From: Gammaproteobacteria bacterium
Lineage (GTDB): Bacteria > Pseudomonadota > Gammaproteobacteria > Steroidobacterales > Steroidobacteraceae
Length of the DNA stretch: 64,000 nt
NCBI GenBank assembly: GCA_021773365.1
Contig: JAJFKF010000063.1
Coordinates: 3,576 to 67,575 of the forward strand
Direction: 5' to 3'
Part shown: positions 37,617-47,034 of the stretch, piece after piece
Numbering within the stretch: position 1 is the first letter of the stretch
How the letters are laid out: every line of letters begins with the position of its first letter
Notes under the pieces: generated by a model
Database searches by the model: none
The model's input: only the letters and a program-made list of their open reading frames with translations
What the model was told of the DNA's origin: nothing
Program-made: the position numbers and the translations under genes

Positions 37617-40600
37617 ATGGGGGGGATGATGGATCAGAACGGCATGCCAGCGGCAGAGTCATCAGTTCTGACTGAAGCGCTGCCGCTCACCGATAAGATC
37701 GCGCGGGCGCGGCTCGAGCTTCTGGATCTTTCCGCCCGAAATCGCCTGATCAGCACACCGCGCAGTGGCAAGGCACGGACCGTCGAAGTCGTGCACGAAC
37801 TGGCGGCTGCGATGTACCAGACGCTCGTCATTGACGAGAAACGGTTTACATTTTCCCCGGCGCGCGACACCGATCAGAAGACGAAATCAGGCGCTAGCAC
37901 TGATACCGAGGATGAGTTACAGACTGAGGATCCGCTCACACAGCCCGACGCTGAGCTAGATAAGCAGGGTGATCCCCCGGCGTGTTGGGACGGGCAGCTG
38001 TCGACGCGTATGACGTCCGCCGGTTTGCAGAAACGTCTGTTGGATCTCTATATCGACGCCCGGACTCTTCAGGAAGAGCAGGGCGTCAACATTCTGTATC
38101 TGGCCATTGGTTATCTCAAATGGCGAGACACCACGACGCCGGATGTAGATCGTTATGCGCCGTTGGTGCTGGTGCCAGTGGCGCTGGAACGCAGCACGGC
38201 TGGGGAGAAGTTCCATCTACGCTGGTCGGGTGAAGATATCGAAGCGAATCTCTCGCTACAGGCGTTTCTCGCGCGAAATTTTGGTTTGAGACTTCCCGAT
38301 ATCGATGACTTTGAAGCGTTGGTTATTGACGACTACATGGCGAACGTGGAGACGATGGTCGAGGGCAAGGAGCATTGGGCTGTGCTGCGTAATGACGCCG
38401 TGCTGGGTCTGTTCTCGTTTGCCAAATTCATGATGTACCGGGATCTGGACCCAGAACAGTGGAAAGACGCTGGAGGTTTCGAGGCGATTCCAACGTTGCG
38501 GGGTGTCGTCTCAGACGGCTTTCCTCAGCGTAATCTGATCGATGACGATACGAACGTCGATGCGGTGATTCAGCCAGTCGATATGCTCCATGTGCTGGAT
38601 AGCGATAGTTCGCAGTCGCTCGTGGTTCATGATGCTCGCCAGGGCGCGCATCTGCTCGTTCAGGGTCCGCCAGGTACGGGCAAGTCGCAGACAATTGCCA
38701 ACATCATTGCCGCAGCGGTAGCTGACGGGAAGAGAGTGTTGTTCGTGGCGGAGAAGATGGCTGCGCTCGAGGTCGTGAAGCGTCGCCTGGACGAAGTTGG
38801 TATTGGCGTGGCATGTCTAGAATTGCATAGCAACAAGGCGAAAAAGCGGGCGGTACTGGAGGAGCTCAAGCGGACGTGGCAGCTGGCTCCCCCTCGTTGT
38901 GAGTCCGGCGAGTCGATCGTGTCGCAGCTGGGGACAGCTCGTGATCGTCTGAACGATCATGCGATTCGCCTCCACGAGCGTCATCTGCCTTCCGAGCTGA
39001 CAGCCTATGAGGTGATCGCTGAACTGGTGAGGCTGAAACGGGCCGGTCACAGCACTGGTCGGCTCAAGCTGGATCAGCCCGCGCGATGGCGGCCACACGA
39101 AAAGACCGAGCGGCAATCCATCGTGCAGGATCTCTCACAACGTATCAAGGAGATGGGTACGCCCGTCAACCACGCTTGGTCGGGAGTCGGTAACGATGCG
39201 CTGCTGCCGAATGATCGCGATCGCCTCGTCGATTCCATTGGAAAACTGAGCGCCAATCTCGGATCGTGGCTCACTTTCCTGCGCTCCTTGTCCAGTCAGC
39301 TAGGTCTTGAACCGCCGACACGCTTCTGCGAGGTGTCGGATTTACAGGCGCGCGCCACGCTTCTCGTCGAGGCGCCGGGAATTGGGCCGGACGCATTTCT
39401 ATCTCCGCTGTGGAATGATCCTCAGCAGGCGCGTGGAATTATTGAGGCGCTGGAATTGGCACAGAGCCTCAGTCAAGAAGTACAGGCATTTGCCGCATTC
39501 GATGTTCTGTCGCTGAATTGGTCTTCTGCCGCATCGGCTATTGCTGAGCTGCCGGGCTCGTTTACGTGGGAAGGGGAGCTGGCCGACGTTATTGTCTTGC
39601 ACAGTCTGCTTGAGCGAAGTCAAGCCGATATTCGGCGACTGGTTCAGTTGTTTGGTGAGCAAACGCCAATCACGCTTGATATGGTCCAGCGATTGCTTGC
39701 GATGGCCGAGCGGGCCGAGAGTGTGCCGGAGCTGCAGCGCGAAGCGCTTGTGTCGCACATCTGGGACCGAGGCATTGAGTCCATCGTTGAGCTAATTGAA
39801 AACGTTAAGAAAGTGCAGCACGCCCGAGAGGTTCTTGCGTCGGTGTTTGGCGATTTCGCCTGGACCACTGATCTCATAGAGGTTCGCAACCATCTCGCGA
39901 CGCTGGGTGGTAACTGGTTGCGCTTCTTCAATGGGAACTGGCGTCGATCTCACCGCTTGGTCAAATCGCTACTCGCGACTTCCGTGAAACTAAGCAGTGA
40001 AGAGTTACTCCGCGCGCTCGATCTGCTGCTGACTGCGCGGGCTTCGCAGGATCTGCTGCGAGCACGCGAGACCCAGGCACGTGAAGCCTTTGGGCAGAGC
40101 TGGGACCACGATCGATCAGACGTAGGGTTCCTGCAAAGTGTAGTTGCGTGGATGCGCGAGCTGCGGCCGCTGGGCTTCGAAGCGCGGCAGCGCGTGGCAG
40201 ATCTTGCGGACCGGGAGTTGGCGGCAGAGTTGAACCGTCGTTTAGGGCCTGTCTTGAAGCAAATGCGGGAGTTGTTGGTCCCGATAAATGAAGGCTGCAT
40301 TGCGGCTCGAAAGTTTCCCTGGGGTCAGGAGACCTTGCCGGGCCGTATTCCTCTGACGGCGCTAGTGGAAAAAGTTGCTATTTGGAAAGATGTGCTGGAT
40401 CAATGCGGCGGGCTGACTTGCGTCCCAGCGCGGACGGTTGACGATCTAATAGACCGCATTGTGCTGACGCGGCGAGCACAGAAGTCGCTCGAATACTCAA
40501 AGAGTCAGGAAGAAGCGGGCCGCTCCACCTTCGGTCTGCTCTGGCATGGCCTGGACTCTCAATATGAGACGCTGCATCAGGCTGTTGAGTGGATATCTGC

Positions 40601-43193
40601 GCATGCCGTGCTTAGAGAGTTAGCCTCGCGAACGCGCAATCCTGGGGCATTGCTCGTGGCTGCTGAGAAAGCGGTGAGCTACGTCGATCGCTTCGAGCCG
40701 CGCATTCAAGGAATTTTCGCCAGACTTCGTTTCCAAGGGAACAAAGCACTCCCTGCCGAAGTAAGTGAAGCGTCTCTCGAGACTCTGCTGCATCAGTTTG
40801 TGCGCTGGCATGAACATGCCGAGGGGCTCAAGGAATGGGTCGCGTTTGCCGCACAAGCCAATGAGGGCCGTCGAAAGGGACTGAGTCAGCTGGTCGACGC
40901 CCTCGATCAGGGAGTTCTGGCTCCGGAATTAGCCGCCGCCGCGTTTGATCTGGCGTACTACGAGGCGATCCTGGCTGAGCGCATTGCGGTGTGGCCCGAT
41001 CTCGCGAAGTTCGATGGACTAAAGCACTCACAGTACGTCAGTGCGTTCGGAGTTCTTGATCGCCGACGTATCAGGTATTCCGTCCAGCAGGTGTTAAAAG
41101 CCCATCATGGACAACTTCCTCGGGCGGGGGGCGCCGCTGGACCGACAGGAATTTTGCGTGCGGAGATGGAGCGACGCCGTAAACATATGCCCATTAGGCA
41201 GCTGATGCAGCGCTGCCATGCGGCCGTCCAGGCACTCAAGCCGGTGTTTATGATGAGTCCGCTGTCAGTCGCGCAGTTCCTACCGCCTGGAGTTGTGCGG
41301 TTCGACCTGCTCGTGATTGATGAGGCGAGCCAAGTGCAGCCGGTCGATGCATTGGGCTCGATTGCGCGTGCCAAGCAGCTGGTCATCGTCGGTGACGAGC
41401 GGCAGCTACCACCGACGCGGTTCTTCTCGAGATTGCTGGACGACGGAAGGGACGACGATGAGCAGGGCGCCTCGACTGCGGATATTGAAAGCATTCTCGG
41501 GCTGTGTCGCGCCCGTGGACTGCCGCAGCGCATGCTGCGTTGGCACTATCGCAGTCGTCATCAATCGCTGATCGCGGTCTCAAACAGCCAGTTCTACGAC
41601 AACAAGCTATTCATCGTGCCGAGCCCGTATAACGCTGAAGCCGGCATGGGGCTGCGCCTTCGGCACATGCCGGAGAATACATACGATCGGGGTGAGCAAA
41701 GTATCAATGTTGGCGAAGCCAGAGCCGTCGCCGCGGCCGTCTTGGAGCACGCTCGAGCGACACCGCAAATGAGCCTGGGTGTCGCCACGTTTTCCACCAA
41801 GCAGCGGCGGGCAATTATGGATGAGCTCGAGCTTCTTCGCCGTCAGCGGCCCGACAGCGAAACGTTCTTCGGTGCTCACGAAGATGAGCCGTTCTTTGTC
41901 AAGAACTTGGAGAACGTGCAGGGTGATGAACGGGATGTCATCTTCATTTCGGTCGGCTATGGCCGGGATGCGCAAGGACGCGTAGCGATGTCTTTCGGGC
42001 CATTAAATAGCGAAGGTGGGGAACGGCGGTTGAACGTATTGATAAGCCGTGCCAAACGTCGTTGCGAGATCTTCTCATCTATCAATGATGAAGATATCGA
42101 TCTCGAGCGCGCTAGAGGCAAGGGCGTCGCAGCCTTCAAATGTTTCCTTCGCTATGCGCGCACTGGTCAGCTATCGATCACGAACGAACATGAGGACGAA
42201 TTGCGAAATGCATTCGCTGATCAGGTGGCTGAGGCACTGAAGGAACGCGGCTACAACGTACATTTGAGGATCGGAACCGCCGGGTGCTTTGTGGATTTGG
42301 GTGTGGTGGATACGGAGTTACCCGGACGCTATGTGCTCGGTATCGAGTGTGATGGCAGTTCGTATCGGAAGGCGCGAAGTGCACGAGATCGGGACCGATT
42401 GCGCAGATATGTGCTGGAAGATAAGGGCTGGATCCTGCATCGTATCTGGATCTCGGATTGGTTTCATCGTCCGCAGGCCGAGTTGGAGCGCCTGCTCGCG
42501 GCCATCGGGAAGGCTCGCAGCGAAGTCGATGCCAGAGCGGAGCCGTTTGCCGCCCCGTCCAGAGCCGCACCCGTCGAAGTGGCGACGATTCAGCGAGGCG
42601 AGTTCGTCGCGGTCGGAATGGCGCCGGTCGATGAATCGTCGACGGTAGAGCCGTACGAAGAAGCTGCCTTTCGCACATCGCACAGTCGGCGTGAATTGCA
42701 CGAGCTCCCAAGCTCGATGTTGGCCAGTATCGTGCGGCAGGTGGTTAACATCGAGGGCCCGGTGCACCGCGCGGAAGTAGTTGCACGCATCCGATCTATT
42801 TGGGGTCTACAGCGAACTGGAGGGCGAATTCAGGCGGCGATCGATGTGGCCATCTCCCATGCTCATGAGAAAGGAGAAATCGCAATTGCCGATGAAAGCT
42901 TCCTGTGTCTGCCGGCTGGCTCTATCAAAGTCCGTGACCGCAGCAACGTTTGCTCGCTTGGTCTGAGGCGACCCGAGTACCTCCCGCCTAAGGAAATCGA
43001 CTTGGCGCTGCGGGAGACAATTATTGAAAATTTGGGCGCTACGCTCGAAGAGCTGGTCCTTTGTGTTTCGCGGAAGTTTGGCTATCGAAGCACTAGTGCC
43101 CAGCTCCGCGAGATCATTGAGGCTCGCGTGCACCGCTTGATCGACGAAGGATCCTTTCAGTGGCAGGGAGAGCACCTGACGATTATCGCGTAA
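37617..43193 (+). CDS. 1858-aa multidomain protein: DUF4011-like N-terminus, Upf1-like SF1 helicase (AAA_11/AAA_12), Vsr/DUF559-like endonuclease fold, DUF3320-like C-terminus
   Basis: ELLDLSARNRLIS and GVNILYLAIGYLKW (DUF4011-like). Walker A GPPGTGKS at 38664-38687. LVIDEASQ at about 41313. GDERQLPPT, WHYRSRHQSLI, QGDERDVIFISVGY and RRLNVLISRAKRR motifs. FVDLGV...GIECDGSSYRKARSARDRDRLRRYVLEDKGWILHRIWISDWF around 42339. DUF3320-like tail. Confidence 0.88.
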   Translation: MGGMMDQNGMPAAESSVLTEALPLTDKIARARLELLDLSARNRLISTPRSGKARTVEVVHELAAAMYQTLVIDEKRFTFSPARDTDQKTKSGASTDTEDELQTEDPLTQPDAELDKQGDPPACWDGQLSTRMTSAGLQKRLLDLYIDARTLQEEQGVNILYLAIGYLKWRDTTTPDVDRYAPLVLVPVALERSTAGEKFHLRWSGEDIEANLSLQAFLARNFGLRLPDIDDFEALVIDDYMANVETMVEGKEHWAVLRNDAVLGLFSFAKFMMYRDLDPEQWKDAGGFEAIPTLRGVVSDGFPQRNLIDDDTNVDAVIQPVDMLHVLDSDSSQSLVVHDARQGAHLLVQGPPGTGKSQTIANIIAAAVADGKRVLFVAEKMAALEVVKRRLDEVGIGVACLELHSNKAKKRAVLEELKRTWQLAPPRCESGESIVSQLGTARDRLNDHAIRLHERHLPSELTAYEVIAELVRLKRAGHSTGRLKLDQPARWRPHEKTERQSIVQDLSQRIKEMGTPVNHAWSGVGNDALLPNDRDRLVDSIGKLSANLGSWLTFLRSLSSQLGLEPPTRFCEVSDLQARATLLVEAPGIGPDAFLSPLWNDPQQARGIIEALELAQSLSQEVQAFAAFDVLSLNWSSAASAIAELPGSFTWEGELADVIVLHSLLERSQADIRRLVQLFGEQTPITLDMVQRLLAMAERAESVPELQREALVSHIWDRGIESIVELIENVKKVQHAREVLASVFGDFAWTTDLIEVRNHLATLGGNWLRFFNGNWRRSHRLVKSLLATSVKLSSEELLRALDLLLTARASQDLLRARETQAREAFGQSWDHDRSDVGFLQSVVAWMRELRPLGFEARQRVADLADRELAAELNRRLGPVLKQMRELLVPINEGCIAARKFPWGQETLPGRIPLTALVEKVAIWKDVLDQCGGLTCVPARTVDDLIDRIVLTRRAQKSLEYSKSQEEAGRSTFGLLWHGLDSQYETLHQAVEWISAHAVLRELASRTRNPGALLVAAEKAVSYVDRFEPRIQGIFARLRFQGNKALPAEVSEASLETLLHQFVRWHEHAEGLKEWVAFAAQANEGRRKGLSQLVDALDQGVLAPELAAAAFDLAYYEAILAERIAVWPDLAKFDGLKHSQYVSAFGVLDRRRIRYSVQQVLKAHHGQLPRAGGAAGPTGILRAEMERRRKHMPIRQLMQRCHAAVQALKPVFMMSPLSVAQFLPPGVVRFDLLVIDEASQVQPVDALGSIARAKQLVIVGDERQLPPTRFFSRLLDDGRDDDEQGASTADIESILGLCRARGLPQRMLRWHYRSRHQSLIAVSNSQFYDNKLFIVPSPYNAEAGMGLRLRHMPENTYDRGEQSINVGEARAVAAAVLEHARATPQMSLGVATFSTKQRRAIMDELELLRRQRPDSETFFGAHEDEPFFVKNLENVQGDERDVIFISVGYGRDAQGRVAMSFGPLNSEGGERRLNVLISRAKRRCEIFSSINDEDIDLERARGKGVAAFKCFLRYARTGQLSITNEHEDELRNAFADQVAEALKERGYNVHLRIGTAGCFVDLGVVDTELPGRYVLGIECDGSSYRKARSARDRDRLRRYVLEDKGWILHRIWISDWFHRPQAELERLLAAIGKARSEVDARAEPFAAPSRAAPVEVATIQRGEFVAVGMAPVDESSTVEPYEEAAFRTSHSRRELHELPSSMLASIVRQVVNIEGPVHRAEVVARIRSIWGLQRTGGRIQAAIDVAISHAHEKGEIAIADESFLCLPAGSIKVRDRSNVCSLGLRRPEYLPPKEIDLALRETIIENLGATLEELVLCVSRKFGYRSTSAQLREIIEARVHRLIDEGSFQWQGEHLTIIA

Positions 43194-43300
43194 TTCGCGC
43201 CAATCGTACAGCGTCGCTCTCGCGTTCAATTCGGATTGCTGCGGCTTAGTGGCTCCACAGCGGCTATTAGGCTCTATAGGCTGTTTACTTGGGAACTAAC

Positions 43301-43912
43301 ATGAGCATCTTTGTCCAGTTTAATCGAAAATCTATAGACGATCGCCAGATCGACACCCTTATTGGACTGAGCCATGGTTTGCTGGCGGACGGCAAGATCG
43401 ATGGCTTAGAGGCGCAGTTTCTTTTCGAATGGCTGATACGGAGCCGTCAGTCCACTGACCACCCCATCATCGTCAACCTGCTGTCGAAGGTGAGCTCCAT
43501 GCTGAGCGATGGCATTCTGGATGACGAAGAGACCCAGGAATTGTTGAGTGTCCTGCGTCAAATCACTGGTGAGCCATCCGAATTTGGCGAGATAGCGAAA
43601 AGTGCCTCGTTGCCGTTCTGCGAGCCTGCGCCAACGGTCACCTTCCAAGGCAGGACATTTCTCTTTACGGGGACCTGCGCCTATGGAACCCGCAAACAAT
43701 GCCAGGACGTCACCGAAAAACTCAGCGGCGTGTGCGCCAAGGGCGTGAGTAAGACGTTGAACTATCTTGTCCTGGGAACCTACGTTACCGATAGCTGGAT
43801 ACACGAAACCTTTGGCAGGAAGATTGAAAAGGCGATGCAGTATCGAAATGACGGTGCGCCGATCGCGATCATTTCCGAGACGCATTGGGCGAATGCTGGT
43901 GGGATTCGTTGA
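43301..43912 (+). CDS. TerB-like N-terminal domain fused to a C-terminal BRCT domain
   Basis: ATG 43301 (the track starts at TTG 43289). Two aDGxI(D)xxExxxL repeats (LADGKIDGLEAQFLFEWL; LSDGILDDEETQELLSVL). BRCT-like VTFQGRTFLFTGTCAYGTRKQCQDVTEKLSGVCAKGVSKTLNYLVLG...W. Confidence 0.6.
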   Translation: MSIFVQFNRKSIDDRQIDTLIGLSHGLLADGKIDGLEAQFLFEWLIRSRQSTDHPIIVNLLSKVSSMLSDGILDDEETQELLSVLRQITGEPSEFGEIAKSASLPFCEPAPTVTFQGRTFLFTGTCAYGTRKQCQDVTEKLSGVCAKGVSKTLNYLVLGTYVTDSWIHETFGRKIEKAMQYRNDGAPIAIISETHWANAGGIR

Positions 43913-44070
43913 TCTGAGTGTCTGCAACGCCACGCCGGTCAGGCGAAGCCCAGGGATCTCCTGGCCTTTCGCGCCTACGCCGCCTGCCGGACCGATCCTT
44001 GTTCGCAGGAAATCACCGTTGCAAGTCGGCGCTAGAATGCCCGCTGCCCCGTCTCAGCACCACGACTGCC

Positions 44071-44250
44071 ATGCAACCTATCAACCAGGCCCGCGCAGAT
44101 TCATTTCTGCGTGCTCCTGTGGGTTTCACAACCATTCTCGGCAAGCTGATCACGCTGCCGGCGCTGCCGCTGGTGTGGTGGCGCATGTTGCTGGTGGCGC
44201 TGGCGTTGTTGCTGATTCCCAGCGTGTGGTCCGGATTGCGCTCCACCGCC
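44071..44250 (+). pseudogene. N-terminal fragment of a DMT/EamA-type transporter gene
   Basis: MQPINQARADSFLRAPVGFTTILGKLITLPALPLVWWRMLLVALALLLIPSVW looks like the first two TM helices of an EamA-family protein. The frame then continues into Arg/Gly/Ala-rich sequence with no hydrophobic (TM-like) segments up to 44499. Confidence 0.3.
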
Positions 44251-44572
44251 GGCGCGAGGGTGCCACGCAACCGGAGTTGCTGGGCACCAGCGAGAGTCAC
44301 GCGGTGGTCGATTGAGGCCGCCGCCGGGGAGCTGTTATCAGCCTTTTCTGGCGCAGATTGGCGGGCAACAGCGGCCGCTGTGGTAGGATTCGCGCCCCGG
44401 TTTGGGGCGGAATTCCGGGTTGCCGCAGGATATGCAGCCCAACGCGTGGCCACGTGGGGCGGCGGCGGGGGCTCCGGGTGCCGCGTGACCGATAACTAAC
44501 TGATTTATATTATATTTTTAGGGCTCGAGTCCGCTTGCCTCACTCGAGTTTGCAGACCTGTCGAGAGGGATT

Positions 44573-45526
44573 GTGGATCAGACTTCCGTTGCATTGTTCT
44601 CCGGCAACGCCAATCCGGCGCTGGCACAGGAAATAGCCCGTCACCTGACGGTGCCGCTGGGTCGCGCCCAGGTGGGCCGCTTCAGCGACGGCGAGGTCAA
44701 TGTCGAGATCATGGAGAACGTGCGCGGGCGCGATGTGTTCATCGTGCAGCCCACCTGTCCGCCGGCCAATGACACGCTGATGGAACTGCTGGTGATGGTC
44801 GATGCCTGCCGCCGCGCCTCGGCTGCCACCATCACCGCTGTGGTGCCGTATTTCGGCTACGCCCGCCAGGACCGGCGCACCCGCGCCACGCGCGCGCCGA
44901 TTACAGCCAAGCTGATTGCCAACATGATGACCCATGCTGGCGTTGATCGTTTGTTGACGGTGGATGTGCACGCCGAGCAGATCCAGGGTTTCTTCGACAT
45001 TCCGGTGGACAATGTCTACGCCTCGCCCGTCCTGCTGGGCGATGTGTGGAAGCAGGCTTATCAGAAGATCGTGGTGGTCTCACCCGACGTCGGTGGCGTG
45101 GTGCGCGCCCGTGCGCTGGCCAAGCGCCTGGACGATGCGGACCTGGCCATCATCGACAAGCGGCGTCCGCGCGCGAATGAATCAAAGGTGATGAACATCA
45201 TCGGTGAGGTCAAGGGCAAGACCTGCGTGATGATCGACGACATGGTCGACACCGCCGGTACGCTGTGCCAGGCCGCTGCGGCCCTGAAGGAAGAAGGCGC
45301 CAAACGGGTGCTGGCCTACATCACCCATGCCGTACTCTCCGGCAGTGCCGTGGAGCGCATCGGCGCCTCGGTGCTGGACGAGATCGTGGTCACCGACACC
45401 ATTCCGTTGAGCCCCGCGGCGAAGGCCTGCAGCAAGATCCGCCAGCTCAGCGTCTCCGGCCTGTTGGCCGAAACCATTCGTCGCATACGCGATGAGGAGT
45501 CTGTCAGCTCCCTTTATATAGACTAG
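44573..45526 (+). CDS. prs: ribose-phosphate pyrophosphokinase
   Basis: GTG start, 317 aa. [23 protein letters not shown], and the PRPP-binding loop [12 protein letters not shown]. Confidence 0.95.
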   Translation: MDQTSVALFSGNANPALAQEIARHLTVPLGRAQVGRFSDGEVNVEIMENVRGRDVFIVQPTCPPANDTLMELLVMVDACRRASAATITAVVPYFGYARQDRRTRATRAPITAKLIANMMTHAGVDRLLTVDVHAEQIQGFFDIPVDNVYASPVLLGDVWKQAYQKIVVVSPDVGGVVRARALAKRLDDADLAIIDKRRPRANESKVMNIIGEVKGKTCVMIDDMVDTAGTLCQAAAALKEEGAKRVLAYITHAVLSGSAVERIGASVLDEIVVTDTIPLSPAAKACSKIRQLSVSGLLAETIRRIRDEESVSSLYID

Positions 45527-45551
45527 GCATGGATTAGAGTTCATCCCCCGG

Positions 45552-45578
45552 CAACTCTGGTCGCGGAGTTGTTTTTTT
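45552..45578 (+). terminator. weak hairpin plus T7 run after prs
   Basis: caactc-N8-gagttg followed by ttttttt. The stem is only 6 bp. Confidence 0.35.
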
Positions 45579-45604
45579 GTTGTAACGTCAATTCGGAGTC
45601 ATTC

Positions 45605-46300
45605 ATGAAAACCTCATTTGAACTCGCCGCCGAGTTCCGCACGACACAAGGCAAAGGTGCGAGCCGCCGCCTGCGTCGTGCGGGCCAGGCGCCGGCCATC
45701 ATGTACGGCGGCGGCCAGCCGCCCCAGGCGCTCGCACTGGAGCATCGCAAGCTCATACAGCTGCTCGACAACGAGCGTTTCTATTCCACCATCCTCAATG
45801 TGCAGCTTGACGGCAAGTCGCAGATGGCAGTGCTGCGCGACGTGCAGCGCCACCCCGCCAAGAACGTGATCCTGCACATGGATCTGCAGCGGGTGATCGA
45901 AACGGAAACATTGCGTATGCAGGTGCCACTGCACTTCACCGGCGAAGCCGTGGCTCCGGGCGTCAAGACCCAGGGCGGCATCGTTTCCCATCAGGTCAGC
46001 CAGGTGGAGGTCATGTGTTTGCCGAAGGACTTGCCGGAGTTCATCGAGGTGGACGTCTCGGAAATGAGCCTGGGTCAGACTCTGCATTTCTCCGACCTGA
46101 AGCTCCCCGAGGGCATTGAGCTGGTGGAACTCACTCACGGGCGCGATGCTCCGGTGGTGTCCATTCACTCGCCACGCGCAGAGGAGGCGGAGGCGACCCC
46201 GGCCGCGGATGCCGCAGCGCCGGTCGAGGGGGCCGCTGCTCCGGCTGCCGATGCTCCTGCCGCAGCCGAAGGCGCCAAGAAGGAGGGCGGCAAGAAGTAG
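45605..46300 (+). CDS. rplY: 50S ribosomal protein L25 (long Ctc form)
   Basis: ATG 45605 (MKTSFELAAEFRTTQGKGASRRLRRAGQAPAIMYGGG), with a C-terminal Ala/Pro/Glu-rich extension. Confidence 0.9.
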   Translation: MKTSFELAAEFRTTQGKGASRRLRRAGQAPAIMYGGGQPPQALALEHRKLIQLLDNERFYSTILNVQLDGKSQMAVLRDVQRHPAKNVILHMDLQRVIETETLRMQVPLHFTGEAVAPGVKTQGGIVSHQVSQVEVMCLPKDLPEFIEVDVSEMSLGQTLHFSDLKLPEGIELVELTHGRDAPVVSIHSPRAEEAEATPAADAAAPVEGAAAPAADAPAAAEGAKKEGGKK

Positions 46301-46319
46301 CCAGCCAGTCCTGCACCCG

Positions 46320-46351
46320 GAAGGCCGCTAGCGAGCGGCCTTCTTTGTTTT
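46320..46351 (+). terminator. rho-independent terminator of rplY
   Basis: Perfect 10-bp stem gaaggccgct / agcggccttc with loop agcg, followed by tttgtttt. Confidence 0.8.
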
Positions 46352-46417
46352 CCCCTCTCCCACTTCAGGAGAGCGGGGAGCCCGGGTGGGGGAGTATTGC
46401 TGCCTTTCTGCCTCTCC

Positions 46418-47005
46418 ATGTCCGACCAGCCCATCAAGCTCATCGTCGGCCTCGGCAACCCGGGCCCCGAGCACGCCCTTACGCGCCACAATGCCGGCTT
46501 CTGGTTTGTCGACATGCTGGCCCGCAAGCACGACGGGCGCTGGCGCGAGCAAAGAAAATTCCAGGCCGAGCTGGCCAAGGTGCGTATCGGCGAGCGCGAG
46601 GTGCAGTTGCTCAAGCCGCTGACGTACATGAATCGCAGCGGCATGGCCATTCGCGCGGCAGCGGAGTATCTGCGCCTGGCGCCCAGCCAGATTCTGGTGG
46701 CACATGATGAACTGGACCTGCCGCCGGGCACGGTGCGGCTGAAATCCGCCGGCGGCGCCGGCGGGCATAACGGACTGCGGGACACCATCACGCAGGTCGG
46801 CGAGAAATTCTGGCGCCTGCGCTTTGGCATCGGTCATCCCGGCGATCGCGACCGGGTGCTCGACTACGTGCTGAACCGCGCCAGCAAGGAGGACGAAGCC
46901 GCCATCGTTGCCGCAGTGGGCGAGGCCGTTGCCAGCAGTCCCGCACTGCTTGAGCACGGCGCGGAAATTGTCTTGAACCATCTGCATCGCAAAGATGCCA
47001 ACTGA
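46418..47005 (+). CDS. pth: peptidyl-tRNA hydrolase
   Basis: ATG 46418 ([29 protein letters not shown]), with GGHNGLRD and the rest typical of Pth. Confidence 0.95.
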   Translation: MSDQPIKLIVGLGNPGPEHALTRHNAGFWFVDMLARKHDGRWREQRKFQAELAKVRIGEREVQLLKPLTYMNRSGMAIRAAAEYLRLAPSQILVAHDELDLPPGTVRLKSAGGAGGHNGLRDTITQVGEKFWRLRFGIGHPGDRDRVLDYVLNRASKEDEAAIVAAVGEAVASSPALLEHGAEIVLNHLHRKDAN

Positions 47006-47034
47006 TCACGTCGCTTTCCACTGGACTCAACGTC

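Noticed and set aside
43918-44499. 193-aa ORF (and the overlapping 43767..44315 and 44013..44453 ORFs) as real genes
   Set aside because: Only about 60 residues look like a transporter N-terminus. The rest is Arg/Gly/Ala-rich with no hydrophobic segments, so it is treated as a gene fragment rather than a CDS.
44521-44552. Possible tRNA 3' fragment or att repeat (gggctcgagtccgcttgcc resembles a T-arm)
   Set aside because: It does not fold into a T-arm and does not match the tRNA-Gln 3' end (ggaggttcgaatcctcccaccccagcca). I found no direct repeat of the tRNA end by eye, so a computational search is still needed.
46345-46385. Second hairpin-like sequence (cccctctcc...ggagagcgggg) after the rplY terminator as an independent element
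   Set aside because: The stem is imperfect and bulged and lies within the pth upstream region. The adjacent perfect terminator at 46320-46351 already accounts for termination here.
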